The position numbers were made by a program, and so were the translations under genes. Below, one piece after another: positions 39,188 to 49,843 of a stretch of DNA of 64,000 nt (position 1 is its first letter; each line of letters opens with the position of its first letter). Source of the DNA: an uncultured archaeon (lineage in GTDB: Archaea; Asgardarchaeota; Jordiarchaeia; Jordiarchaeales; Jordiarchaeaceae); contig CAZECW010000004.1 of NCBI GenBank assembly GCA_964510585.1, positions 3,606 through 67,605 on the forward strand, read 5' to 3'. Under the pieces are notes generated by a model. The model was not told where the DNA came from. It did no database searches and saw only the letters and a list, made by a program, of their open reading frames with translations.

Positions 39188-39356
39188 ACAACACTAAACC
39201 TTCACATTCGCAAAACTACTAAAACACACACATAAAAGATTTATAAGCATTCCCAGAAAAACCGCCCTAATACACCCCTAAAAAATAGAAGACACCAAAG
39301 AGAAAAAGACATCAGAGTTAGTAAAAGACAAAGTAGAAGGTGAAAATAGAGGGATT

Positions 39357-39557
39357 GGTCCCGCAGGCCGGACTTCCAAATATAGTGTATGGCACACTAT
39401 AAACTTTGAACCAGCGACGTTGGGGCTGAGTACTATATGCACCCAGTTATCCCGGTGTCTGAGTGCCTACTGGGGTAAGCCACACTTAACGAGTGCAGCT
39501 CTACAGCCGGGCACTCTAGCCAGTCTGAGTTACTGCGGGTAAAGTTACTGCGGGACC
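39357..39557 (+). ncRNA. Candidate structured ncRNA of about 201 nt with a perfect 10-bp terminal helix. Family unassigned.
   Basis: GGTCCCGCAG (39357-39366) pairs with CTGCGGGACC (39548-39557). Internal hairpins ATAGTGT-atggc-ACACTAT and GAGTGCC…GGCACTC. An 11-nt direct repeat GTTACTGCGGG occurs twice. It is a GC-rich island in a 480-bp intergenic gap. Confidence 0.4.
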
Positions 39558-39665
39558 TTTGAAGCGGCTTTTTCAGGTATGATTCCTAGATGTTTATTGT
39601 TAGATAAATTTTTCGTATTCGCTGATTTGAGTGTATATTTTTTTAAGTGGTTGGGGGATATGTTT

Positions 39666-40550
39666 TTAGGTTAAAGCTTTGGCTAGGGTTCCTGCTATTT
39701 CTACGACGGATATCGGTGAGGGAATGGTGGTTGTTCCAATAACGGTGTAGGCTCCGGCGGTGTATATTTTTTTGAGGGCATTGTCTACAAGTAAGGGGTG
39801 GGTGCACGCGGCGACTATTTTTTTTGCGCCTTTCTTTTTGAGGGTTTCGATGGTTTTTGCTATTGTTCCTCCTGTGGAGATGATGTCATCTATTATTACT
39901 ACGTCCCTGTTTTTTACTTCTAGTTCTCTGGTTGTTATTTCGACTTCTGTGGAGCTAATTCTCTTTTTTTCCAGAACGTCGTATTCTGTTCCTAGTTGTT
40001 CTGCGGCGAGTTTGGCCCATTGTTCGGCTTCTTCATCGGGTCCTATGATTAGTGGTTTTTGTAGGGAAAGGTTTGCTCCTATGTAGTGTGCTATATCTGG
40101 AACCGCTGTGAGGTTTTTTGCGGGAATTTTGAATATTTTTCTCATATCGTCTACTCTGTGAAGGTGCATGTCGACTGTGAATATTTGGTCTGTTCCCACT
40201 GTTTCTATGAGTTTTGAAACGGTTTTGAGGCTTATTGCTTCTCCGGGGTTGAATCTTTTGTCTTGTCGTGCGTAGGCGAAGTATGGGATTACGCCTGTTA
40301 CCTTTTTTGCTCCTGAGTCTTTGAGTGCTTCAACCATTAGGAAGTATTCCATTAGGTATTCGTCGGGATTTAGATACATTGATTGCACTACTACGGCCTC
40401 GACGCCGTTGAGATCTCCTTCTATGCGGATATACTTTTCTCCGTCTGGAAATCTTTTGATTTCTGTCCCGAGGAGAGTAGCATCCAGTTCTCTTGCTATT
40501 TTTATCGCTAAAACATATGAGGAGGATCCGCCTATTATTACTTTATTCAT
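39666..40550 (-). CDS. prs: Ribose-phosphate pyrophosphokinase (PRPP synthetase), copy 2.
   Basis: VVIIDDIISTGGTI PRPP loop. Paralogous to 26403-27290. Confidence 0.85.
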   Translation of the reverse strand: MNKVIIGGSSSYVLAIKIARELDATLLGTEIKRFPDGEKYIRIEGDLNGVEAVVVQSMYLNPDEYLMEYFLMVEALKDSGAKKVTGVIPYFAYARQDKRFNPGEAISLKTVSKLIETVGTDQIFTVDMHLHRVDDMRKIFKIPAKNLTAVPDIAHYIGANLSLQKPLIIGPDEEAEQWAKLAAEQLGTEYDVLEKKRISSTEVEITTRELEVKNRDVVIIDDIISTGGTIAKTIETLKKKGAKKIVAACTHPLLVDNALKKIYTAGAYTVIGTTTIPSPISVVEIAGTLAKALT

Positions 40551-40727
40551 TATTATTCCCTCAAGGGTTGTTAATGGTTTAGATAAAATTTTTTATGGTT
40601 TAGTGGTGACCGTTTCCCTTGATAACTCAACGGTGGCAAAATAATTTTTCGGTTAATAAAGCTTTTGAAGAATTATGGTATAACTTAGAGAAATAAGGAT
40701 AACGTTTTTGGCTGGGAGGTTTACCTA

Positions 40728-41279
40728 TTGGCTTGGACGGTATGGATTTGTGGGCGTCCGGGTTCGGGTAAATCCACCATAGCCCGGGTGCTTGAGTCTC
40801 TTTTGGAAGAGAAGGGTATTCGCGCCCAAATCTTAAGTACCGATGTCCTCAGGAAGGTAGTTACGCCTGAGCCAACTTATAGTGAGGAGGAACGCAGAAT
40901 AGTTTATGCGACCTTGGTTTTCATTGCAAAGATTCTCAATCAAAATGGTGTTAATGTGATATTGGACGCGACGGCAAATCTTAAGGCTTACCGTGAGGTT
41001 GGAAGGAGGGAAATTGAGAACCTCATAATTGCCTATGTGGATTGCCCCTTAGAGATTTGTATGAAGAGGGAGGCAGAGAGGAAAGAAACTTATGGGGCCC
41101 CACGAGACATATATAAAAGGGGGTTGGCAGGAGAGAGCGCCACTGTTCCCGGCATAGGTGTGCCCTACGAGGTGCCTGAGAACCCGGACATTGTACTGGA
41201 CTCGGTAAAGTTTACAGCCCAGGAAAACGCTGAAAAAATTCTAAAGGTTATTCTTCAAAAATACTCTCAGAATATTTAA
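40728..41279 (+). CDS. P-loop kinase, adenylylsulfate-kinase/KTI12-like.
   Basis: GRPGSGKST Walker A, D in LDATAN. About 180 aa. Confidence 0.5.
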   Translation: MAWTVWICGRPGSGKSTIARVLESLLEEKGIRAQILSTDVLRKVVTPEPTYSEEERRIVYATLVFIAKILNQNGVNVILDATANLKAYREVGRREIENLIIAYVDCPLEICMKREAERKETYGAPRDIYKRGLAGESATVPGIGVPYEVPENPDIVLDSVKFTAQENAEKILKVILQKYSQNI

Positions 41280-41382
41280 CTCACACCCACTGTTTAAAAA
41301 TTATTAACTTCTGGGAGGATACCTACGACTCCTTTTTTGGAGTATAAAGTAGATAGGGGGGTGTGTTTATTGAATGTTGGGT

Positions 41383-42441
41383 TTATTCTAGAATCTGGTT
41401 GTCTAGTTTTCCATAATTTTTCTGGTATCTTGCCTTAAATTCTTCGATTGTGAATTTGTGATTTTGGGTTCCCTCATGTTCTACGGCGTATCCTCCACAC
41501 ACGGCTCCCATTTGGCATGCTATTTTTAGTTCTTCTATAGATAAATCTTCTAATCGGGGGTTAATTTTTGAAAGTCCAGAAAGTAGTCCGCCTCTGAAGG
41601 CGTCGCCTGCGCCTGTGGGGTCAACTAGTTTGGAAATTTTTACTGCTGGTATGTTGATTTGTTCATTGTTTAAGTAGATGGAGCAGCCGCGTTCACCGCG
41701 AGTAATGATTGTGGCATCTATAATGTCATCTAATTTCTTTTGCAGCTTGTTTTCAACCAGCCCTGCTTCGTAATCGTTAACTATGAGTATTGATGCCCCG
41801 CTAATAAATTTGTAGAGGTCCTCTGGCGCGAAATTGTAAATCATTTGACCTGGATCTGCGATGAATGGGACGCCTAGTTCTTTGAATTCTTTGGCGTGGC
41901 GGCACATTGTTCCTATGGGGTTGGGTGAAACTATGCCCAGTTCAACGTTTTTGTTTTTCACTATCTCTCTTATTTTTATGTTGCAAGTGTCTTGAAGGGC
42001 GCCTGTGTGAAAAATGGACATTTGGTCTCCTATTTTGCTCGTTACAATGTAGGCTTCAGCGGTGTCTTCCTCTTCGCACACCACTAATCCGCTTAAATCT
42101 ATTCCACATTTTTCCAAGTGTTTTTTGTAATCGCGACTAACGAAATCTTTCCCAACACAAGATATTGGAAGAGGATTACCATTGGTTAGTTTCATATTGT
42201 ACGCTATGTTTAGAGCGGTTCCGCCAAATGATACCTTCTTATTTACTAAGAAGGAAAAGCTGATTCGGGTGTCCCTGCCCCTTTTTTCAATGGCGTTTCT
42301 AAAAATTTCATCAAGAGTTTCTTCAGTAAACGCTATCACATCAAACGCCGCAGATCCCGAAATAGCAACCTTCTCCTTTTTCGGCAAGGTGGTCAGGCCT
42401 TCACTTCGTATTTCTTGAAAAACATTAAATTCTCTAAACAA
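41383..42441 (-). CDS. PfkB-family carbohydrate/nucleoside kinase.
   Basis: C-terminal PfkB signature DPTGAGDAFRGGLLSGL. Confidence 0.75.
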   Translation of the reverse strand: MFREFNVFQEIRSEGLTTLPKKEKVAISGSAAFDVIAFTEETLDEIFRNAIEKRGRDTRISFSFLVNKKVSFGGTALNIAYNMKLTNGNPLPISCVGKDFVSRDYKKHLEKCGIDLSGLVVCEEEDTAEAYIVTSKIGDQMSIFHTGALQDTCNIKIREIVKNKNVELGIVSPNPIGTMCRHAKEFKELGVPFIADPGQMIYNFAPEDLYKFISGASILIVNDYEAGLVENKLQKKLDDIIDATIITRGERGCSIYLNNEQINIPAVKISKLVDPTGAGDAFRGGLLSGLSKINPRLEDLSIEELKIACQMGAVCGGYAVEHEGTQNHKFTIEEFKARYQKNYGKLDNQILE

Positions 42442-42842
42442 ATTAAATAAGTAAATTTTATGGCATTTAGAATAAAAATATTTTCACACATTTATTGAAA
42501 AAAAGCAGTGGAAACCCTTGAATTTTTCAAAAGTTTTCATCACGCAAAACAATTCCGACAAGATAAGGACATAATTATTTACTTTCCATCATCCTCAATG
42601 AATATTTTCGTGTTTTGGCTTTTACATACATGAAAAACTTCTCGTACTTAGAGGGGAAGAGGGCACTGGAAACTCTGTAAAATCGTTGACGAGGAAAAAC
42701 AAGTTTAACGGAGAGCGCCAGCAATTACTGTATACTTCTTTTTTATGGTTTCAGGATTTCCCAAACAAATATTCTAAAATTGGAAAGTTTCTTTGGCTTA
42801 CTGAAATTGAGTAGAGAAATGAACTAAGGGGGGAAGTGGGGT

Positions 42843-43928
42843 TTAGGTTTTAAGGTACGAGTTTACTTCCTTGGGATCGAATATTTCGGTGTTTAAAACG
42901 TTATTTATGAAGTTGAATAGTTTAAGGCGTGTATCTTTACTTAAATCTGGATACCAGATGGGATTCGCTATTACGAGGCATCTCCAGGCGTAAAAGGGTT
43001 GGAGTACTTTGAGAATCTCTTCATCTTCCGTTTTTTCTAAGTAGTTATTGAAGAACAGATGGTAGAGTTTTTCGAATGGCCCTTCGAGTTTTCCGTATTT
43101 CAGTAAGCTGAAGAAGATGTAGTTTATGGTTAGAGCGGTGACATCGTCTGCTGCTTCTCCCCATTCTCCTCGGCTTCTGTCAAATACTGTTAAATCTGTT
43201 CCTTCCCTGAAAAAGATGTTCCAAGGGTGATAATCGCCGTGCTCCTGACACAATCTGTGAGTGTACTTCTTAAGCTTCCACCTCCAATCTATGCATTTCT
43301 TCTCTATTTCGCTGAGCTTCACTTGGTGGACGAGCTCAAAATCTGGGGGGTAAGAATCGGTTAATCCGAAAATGCATTCACCGTGGCCTATTAATTCTCT
43401 AATCCTTTTCACGTAGAGGTGGGGCTCATTCCTCTTTACAGAATGAATTTCCACTAGGTAATCGGATAACTTCTCTGCACGCTTCTCATCCAAGATTGTT
43501 AGGCTGCCTCTTTCAGAAATTTTTTCTAAATCAACCTTGTAAAGGGTTCCCTCAACGAACTCCACATTCATGAAAAACTCTTCAGCATCGCCAACCGAAA
43601 CAATACGGCCGTCACTCATAAAGGCTCCACAGTCAAGGGAGCGGACATGGAGAGGCAAACGATTATAGGTGGTGTGCGCTGTGAGAACCACGTGTGCCCT
43701 GTCGGGCATATATTCGTGTCCGAACTGTGAAGGCGCCACGGTTTCAATCAAGTACTTTTTTCTTGTGCCATTATACTCCACTTCTATCACGCGGTGAATG
43801 CCATATCCTGCCTTTTTCAACTTCGCCTTTTCTTCGCCGCCTAAACCACTAACGCTCACAATCTTTACTTTGGTGCCAAGTATTTGGCTGTAATATCTTT
43901 GGAGTTCGTCTTCCCTATAATAACTCAT
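42843..43928 (-). CDS. Aminoglycoside-phosphotransferase (APH)-fold kinase, possibly methylthioribose-kinase-like.
   Basis: HGDYHPWNIFF catalytic loop and FDRSRGEWGEAADDV metal-binding segment. Neighbours MTA-salvage genes. Confidence 0.5.
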   Translation of the reverse strand: MSYYREDELQRYYSQILGTKVKIVSVSGLGGEEKAKLKKAGYGIHRVIEVEYNGTRKKYLIETVAPSQFGHEYMPDRAHVVLTAHTTYNRLPLHVRSLDCGAFMSDGRIVSVGDAEEFFMNVEFVEGTLYKVDLEKISERGSLTILDEKRAEKLSDYLVEIHSVKRNEPHLYVKRIRELIGHGECIFGLTDSYPPDFELVHQVKLSEIEKKCIDWRWKLKKYTHRLCQEHGDYHPWNIFFREGTDLTVFDRSRGEWGEAADDVTALTINYIFFSLLKYGKLEGPFEKLYHLFFNNYLEKTEDEEILKVLQPFYAWRCLVIANPIWYPDLSKDTRLKLFNFINNVLNTEIFDPKEVNSYLKT

Positions 43929-44144
43929 TGAAGTTTAACCCCTCTTAGTAGGTTATGAAGTTCTTTCAATTAAATTGACAAAATTTATAGTTAAAAAAAC
44001 TTACTACTTTAATTGTCTTCCTAAAAAGGATTCCTTACTTCGAAAAATAAGGAAACACTCTGCATGTTTAAAACATAGATTTCTCAGAAACACATCGCAC
44101 ATTTTAATTCCTAAACCAGTTATTATTGTTGGAGAGGTTGTAAG

Positions 44145-45740
44145 TTGGATATTGTTATCAAGAACGCAAGAATTATTGATGGAACTGGAACCCCCCGGTT
44201 TAAAGGAGAGATTGGCATTACAGGAGAAAGAATAGTGGAGATAGACAAAGGCATATCTACCAGAGGGGATAGAATCATCGATGCTAAGGGTCTTATTGTA
44301 ACTCCTGGCTTTATTGATGCGCACACGCACTCAGATGCGACTTTATTAATGGAAAGAAGTGCGCTGAATTATATTAGTCAGGGTGTGACCACAAATGTTA
44401 TTGGAAACTGTGGCTTATCTGCAGCCCCATTAAATAAGAGAACTGTAAAAGACCTGCTTACACTTGTAGCGCCAGATTTTAAAGGGGATCCTACCGAGAT
44501 GTGGACCAGTTTTGGGGGATATCTTGACTTTTTGACATTTGTGAGTACAGCCATTAATGTTGTTCCACTTGTGGGGCATAACACCATCCGAATTGCTGTG
44601 ATGGGCATAGAGGAGAGAGATCCATCTGAAGATGAACTTGAAGAGATGAGGAGATTGACGGAACAGAGTATGAGGGAGGGGGCGTTTGGTCTATCAGCAG
44701 GTTTAATCTATGTACCCGGTATTTTCACCAGAAAAGAGGAGTTAATAGAGCTCTGTAAAGTAGTTTCCAGGTATGGGGGAATATTCACTATTCATATAAG
44801 AGGAGAGGGGGATACAGGAGTACAAGCCATAAAGGAAGCCATAGAAATAGCAAGAAGGGCGCAAGTGCCCTTAGAGATTTCTCACTTTAAATCAGAAGGG
44901 AAAAGAAACTGGGGGAAGGCTCAAGAGAGATTGAGGCTGATTGAGAGTGCCAGGAAAGAAGGTATCGATGTGACTGCTGATTTTTATCCTTATACTTTCG
45001 CTTTGACATTTTTGCATTCCCTTTTTCCGACTTGGATTTTCAGAGATGGTTTGGAAGCTGTACCTGAAAAATTGAAGAATCCAACTATTCGTGAACAATT
45101 GAGAGAGTATTTTAGGCTTGCTGGTGATGTTGTGGGAATCTCTGATGTGGAGGATTGGCGCACCGTTGTTCTATCTAATCCCAGTAACCCAAAGTATAAA
45201 GGTAAATCAGTATTGGAAATTGCGGGAGAACAGCGTAAGGATATAGTTGATACCGTTTGTGAACTAGTGCAGTCAGAGGGCTTATCGCTGGGAATTCTTC
45301 TGCTCTGGATGAGTGAGGAGGATGTTGATGTAATAGCAAAGCACCCGCTAATTATGGTGGGCTCCGATGGGGCTGTTGTTACTTCACCAAAAGAAATGAT
45401 TCACCCCCGATACTACGGCACTTTCACAAGAGTTTTAGGATACTATGTTCGGGAGAAAAAGCTTATGGGCCTTGAGGAAGCTGTACGAAAGATGACATCG
45501 TTACCAGCTCAGAGATTCGGACTAAAAGATAGAGGTGTCTTGAGGGAGGGAAACTATGCGGATTGTGTCATCTTTGACCCAGAAAGAGTGAAAGACTGTG
45601 CCACTATAGATGAGCCGAACAAGTTGTCTGAGGGAATAGAATATGTTATTGTTAATGGAACCGTGGTATTTGAACATGGAAAATTTGCGGGGAAGTATCC
45701 TGGCAAGATTCTGAGGAAAAAGGTAAAGGAGAATTGTTAA
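44145..45740 (+). CDS. N-acyl-D-amino-acid deacylase (D-aminoacylase) family amidohydrolase.
   Basis: IKNARIIDGTG…PGFIDAHTHSD metal-binding start. TTG start. 531 aa. Confidence 0.8.
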   Translation: MDIVIKNARIIDGTGTPRFKGEIGITGERIVEIDKGISTRGDRIIDAKGLIVTPGFIDAHTHSDATLLMERSALNYISQGVTTNVIGNCGLSAAPLNKRTVKDLLTLVAPDFKGDPTEMWTSFGGYLDFLTFVSTAINVVPLVGHNTIRIAVMGIEERDPSEDELEEMRRLTEQSMREGAFGLSAGLIYVPGIFTRKEELIELCKVVSRYGGIFTIHIRGEGDTGVQAIKEAIEIARRAQVPLEISHFKSEGKRNWGKAQERLRLIESARKEGIDVTADFYPYTFALTFLHSLFPTWIFRDGLEAVPEKLKNPTIREQLREYFRLAGDVVGISDVEDWRTVVLSNPSNPKYKGKSVLEIAGEQRKDIVDTVCELVQSEGLSLGILLLWMSEEDVDVIAKHPLIMVGSDGAVVTSPKEMIHPRYYGTFTRVLGYYVREKKLMGLEEAVRKMTSLPAQRFGLKDRGVLREGNYADCVIFDPERVKDCATIDEPNKLSEGIEYVIVNGTVVFEHGKFAGKYPGKILRKKVKENC

Positions 45741-45784
45741 AGGACAAATAGTGTAGAGGCAGCATTTATTTTTGGGGTGTTAGC

Positions 45785-46864
45785 ATGAAGGTTAAGATAA
45801 ATGGAAAAGTTATGGAGTACCGCAATGTCTGGATGGAAAACGGCGTTGTTAACATGATTGACCAAACAAGGTTACCTTTCGAGTTTAGAATACAAAAAAC
45901 AAAAAATTACAGGGAAACTGCCGAAGCAATACGAAAAATGCAAATAAGGGGAGCCCCAGCAATCGGTGTAGCGGCATCATACGGATTAGTACAAGCTGCC
46001 CTAGAATTCAAAAATTTAGAGCCGAAGGAGTTCTGGAGAAAAATGGAAGAGGTTGCCCAAGAGTTTCTCAACACCCGCCCCACAGCCGTAGATCTACATA
46101 ACATGATGGAAAGGATGATGACGAGGATAAAAAAGGCGGGGAGCCCCCAACAATGCCTGCAAATTGCACTTAGTGAATCTCAGCTGATAGCGGAAGAAAA
46201 CGCTGAAGCATGTAAGAAGATTGGGCTCCTGGGCAGAGACTTAATTAAGGATGGGGACGGGGTGCTAACACACTGTAATACTGGCGCCCTAGGCACGGTC
46301 GATTATGGCACAGCTATAAGCATAATAAAGTTCGCTCACTATCAGGGTAAGAAATTCATTGTACTGGCAACTGAAACCAGGCCTTGGCTGCAGGGACGCC
46401 TAACTGATTGGGAGCTAACACAGGAAGACATTGAGCACTACATTATAGCGGATTCGGCTGCGGGGTACTATATGGATAAGGGGGATGTCCAAATTGTGTT
46501 GGTTGGCGCTGACAGAATACTGCCAAACGGCGACGTTATAAACAAGATTGGTACACGCACACTGGCAGTACTGGCACATGAAAACAATATTCCCTTCGTA
46601 GTGGCTGCACCAACAACCTCAATAGATCTTTTTCCAAAGGCTGAAAACATTAAGATAGAAGAGAGAGACACCAAGGAAATAACCCACATAAAGGGGTATA
46701 ATGAGGAAACAAAGGAGTTACAAACATTAAGACTCTACTTAACAGACTGGGTAAAGAACCCCGTATTTGATATAACTCCTGCAAAATATATTTCCAAAAT
46801 AGTTACCGAAAACCAGATCATTGAACCACCATACGATCTTAAAACGCAGCTCAAAAATGAATAA
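45785..46864 (+). CDS. eIF-2B alpha/beta/delta-like protein: S-methyl-5-thioribose-1-phosphate / ribose-1,5-bisphosphate isomerase (MtnA/e2b2 family).
   Basis: N-terminal …IDQTRLPFEF…GAPAIGVAASYGL and C-terminal GADRI…NGDVINKIGT are the family hallmarks. Confidence 0.8.
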   Translation: MKVKINGKVMEYRNVWMENGVVNMIDQTRLPFEFRIQKTKNYRETAEAIRKMQIRGAPAIGVAASYGLVQAALEFKNLEPKEFWRKMEEVAQEFLNTRPTAVDLHNMMERMMTRIKKAGSPQQCLQIALSESQLIAEENAEACKKIGLLGRDLIKDGDGVLTHCNTGALGTVDYGTAISIIKFAHYQGKKFIVLATETRPWLQGRLTDWELTQEDIEHYIIADSAAGYYMDKGDVQIVLVGADRILPNGDVINKIGTRTLAVLAHENNIPFVVAAPTTSIDLFPKAENIKIEERDTKEITHIKGYNEETKELQTLRLYLTDWVKNPVFDITPAKYISKIVTENQIIEPPYDLKTQLKNE

Positions 46865-47427
46865 TCACTAACAAGAATTAGTTCCAATTAAGATTAGTAT
46901 TGATAGAAGAAGCGGGAGTAAAATTACTCAGAAGGCTCCTCCCATTATTTTTTTCTGCTACATTTAGAGGCTGTGGCAGGTTTCAACTTAAACATACACT
47001 TTTTAAAGCAATAGCCTGAAAAATGAAAATTATAAGCGGTGCCCCTACCAAGAAAAAGGGGAATGGTGAGCTAGTAAGGTTGAGTAAAAGATAACATTTT
47101 TTCATGGTGGAAACGTGGCAATTTTTGAAGAATACGAGAGTTGAGATGGGGACTTACAAAGGACAATTAAAAGAAGCTAGAATTTGTATAAGAAAAAATT
47201 AAAACCAGAAGGAGGCAGAGTAATTAAGCTAAAGCCAAATATTCCCAGGAGTAAAGTAAACTAGTCTTGATAGAAAAAAGATTGTAAAACTAATCTTCCA
47301 ATTCGGAAAGTCTATTGCTTGAGTTTTAAAAAATAATTAATATTATAAATGTGTAAATCCCAAAGAATTAAAACAAAAATAGAAAAAGTTGCCTGAAAAC
47401 AAGCAATAATAATAGGAGGATATCCAG

Positions 47428-48282
47428 ATGACAAGGAAAGAAGCCGTGTTTGTACCTATAGGCGTTTCCAAAGAAGAAGTTGAGGAGTTCTTACCGGTAG
47501 AAATAGGTATCCTTGGTGGAACAGGAAACTATGACCCCGCAATATTTGAGAAACCCAAAGAAATTAAGGTGTACACGCCTTACGGAGCTCCATCAGACAA
47601 TGTCATTATTGGATTGGTGAAGGGGCGTAAAGTGGCTTTCCTAGCAAGACATGGTAGGCACCACTCAATACCGCCCCACCAGATTAACTACAGGGCTAAT
47701 ATCTGGGCATTCAAAAGCCTCGGAGTTACAAGAATCTTTTCCCCTGCTGCCTGTGGAAGCTTGCAACCAGAAACAATTAAGCCGGGAGAGTTCGTGATTG
47801 CCACGCAGATTTTTGATAGAACCTTTGGACAGAGGAAGGACACCTTCTTTGAGGGGGGAGTTGTGGGCCATGTGGAGTTCGCAGACCCCTTCTGCCCTGA
47901 GCTAAGGAAAATAGTCATTGACACTGCCCACGAGTTAGGTCTCAAAATACATGAGGAGGGTACCTATGTTTGCATAAATGGTCCAAGGTTCAGCACTAGA
48001 GCGGAAAGTCTCTTCTACAAGAGCCAGGGATTTTCAGTGGTGGGGATGACCTGTTACCCAGAATGTGCTCTGGCGAAAGAGGCGGAAATTTGTATGGTTA
48101 ACATTTCGATGCCCACCGATGTAGACGTTTATGGCATAGTGCCTGTTAACGCAGCAGCGGTGGCGAAGAGTATGAGAGAGAACATAGCCAATGTAAGAAA
48201 ATTATTATATACGGCTATAGAGCGAGTGCCAAAGGAACGAAAGTGTAAATGTAGCAGAGTTCTAGATCTTGCATTGTACTAA
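47428..48282 (+). CDS. mtnP: 5'-methylthioadenosine (purine nucleoside) phosphorylase.
   Basis: IGILGGTG N-terminus, FSTRAES, VGMT motifs. 284 aa. Confidence 0.85.
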   Translation: MTRKEAVFVPIGVSKEEVEEFLPVEIGILGGTGNYDPAIFEKPKEIKVYTPYGAPSDNVIIGLVKGRKVAFLARHGRHHSIPPHQINYRANIWAFKSLGVTRIFSPAACGSLQPETIKPGEFVIATQIFDRTFGQRKDTFFEGGVVGHVEFADPFCPELRKIVIDTAHELGLKIHEEGTYVCINGPRFSTRAESLFYKSQGFSVVGMTCYPECALAKEAEICMVNISMPTDVDVYGIVPVNAAAVAKSMRENIANVRKLLYTAIERVPKERKCKCSRVLDLALY

Positions 48283-48756
48283 TAAGATAAATATTGTAAA
48301 GAGCTCCTTTCCCCAAATTACTTAGATTTATTTTTAAAACATACACCTTTTTAGAAAACGGCTGTTTTAAATATGGTTCAGCAATTAAGCCAATGGTTTA
48401 CAGAATCGTTGGCGAGATAGGTCCCCGATTTTTGGGAGGACGCCAAAATTTGATGATTCTCTAGTTTCCCGGTTAACGACTAATTCTTGACCTTACAAGA
48501 ATGTTGAATAGAAAGGCTCTCAACTTTAGTCGCAGTGGGTGTCAACTTTTTCAAGATGTAATTTTCGGCGCTCATCTGCTTACATAGGACTTAATCATTT
48601 TAATATTATTTTTGTATATTTGTTATGGTTTTATTATATTTATTTTTTATAATACATATTGTTATTGTCTTTTTCCTTTTATAATTTTTTGACAAAGGTT
48701 TAAAGCTATGGATGGCTAATAGGTAACTACACATAATATCTGAGAGGTGTATCTTT

Positions 48757-49812
48757 TTGTCGATAAAAAGCCCTACCGCAGATGATGTTTTCAAAAAGTG
48801 GCTGGAGCGCGCGGACTTGGGTAAACTTGAGAAGGCGTTTTCAGTCAAGCACGTCAAGTTTGAAAGATCAAATGTTTCTGCCTCGGAGTCTGTTAAAAAC
48901 GTGGAGAAACATGCGGTATTTTTCTTCTACTCTAAAATAGAACCCTCTATTGGTAAGGAAGCTGAAAAAAAGTTAGTAGACATTGATGAGCTGAGAAAAG
49001 TGACCTTTTATGACTTTGGAAACAAACAAGTAGACTTGACCGAGTGGAAGGACAAGAAGCTCGTTCCTTTATACTCCTCCATCAAGGAGATTAGTTGCAG
49101 TGAGTGTAATGGTAAGGGATTCATCGCCTGTGACAAGTGTAAAGGTTCAGGGACATTGGAATGCAAGAAGTGCAAAGGAACGGGAAGCCTCACCTGCAAC
49201 GCTTGTAAAGGAGAAAAGAAACTTTACCTAAATTTAAAGGTTATAACAGCAGAGGGTAAGAAGACAGATATAGAAATGCCTTATAACTGCGATTTATGCG
49301 GGGGAGTTGGAACAATATATTGTGACAATTGCGCTGGCACTGGTAAAATCGACTGCGACAAGTGTCATGGAGGAACCAAAAACCCCTGCAAGAAGTGCAA
49401 AGCCACAGGTACACTATTTGAGTATACCATCGGTCCTGTGCCATTCAAGCCCGCGGTTATCCCTAAACTATTCTTCAGACCAGAATTTGAAAAGTACTTG
49501 GGAAAATTGATAGATAAAGAATTTGCCAACATTGAGGGGATAGTCATTAGGAACTATGAAAACCTATCAGAAAAGGAACTCACGCCACAGTTGGGATTCT
49601 TCAACAAAGAGGTCGAAGACAAAATGAAAAAGGCTAGGGACACTTTTAAAGAGTTAGAGAAAAAGGCGGCTAAGGGCGGCGAAAAACCAGAATACCCAAT
49701 ATATGTTTATCCACTGCTTAAACTCGACGTGGAATCACCTAGAGGTAAGAAATTCACCATTTTCAGTATAGGAACTGAACGCGGCTACATCGTAACTGAT
49801 TATGGATTTTAA
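48757..49812 (+). CDS. Hypothetical protein with two tandem DnaJ-type (CxxCxGxG)x4 zinc-finger modules.
   Basis: Module 1: CSECNGKG…CDKCKGSG…CKKCKGTG…CNACKG. Module 2: CDLCGGVG…CDNCAGTG…CDKCHGG…CKKCKATG. Confidence 0.5.
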   Translation: MSIKSPTADDVFKKWLERADLGKLEKAFSVKHVKFERSNVSASESVKNVEKHAVFFFYSKIEPSIGKEAEKKLVDIDELRKVTFYDFGNKQVDLTEWKDKKLVPLYSSIKEISCSECNGKGFIACDKCKGSGTLECKKCKGTGSLTCNACKGEKKLYLNLKVITAEGKKTDIEMPYNCDLCGGVGTIYCDNCAGTGKIDCDKCHGGTKNPCKKCKATGTLFEYTIGPVPFKPAVIPKLFFRPEFEKYLGKLIDKEFANIEGIVIRNYENLSEKELTPQLGFFNKEVEDKMKKARDTFKELEKKAAKGGEKPEYPIYVYPLLKLDVESPRGKKFTIFSIGTERGYIVTDYGF

Positions 49813-49843
49813 AAAGGCAATCTCACTCCCCTAGCAGGGGCTT

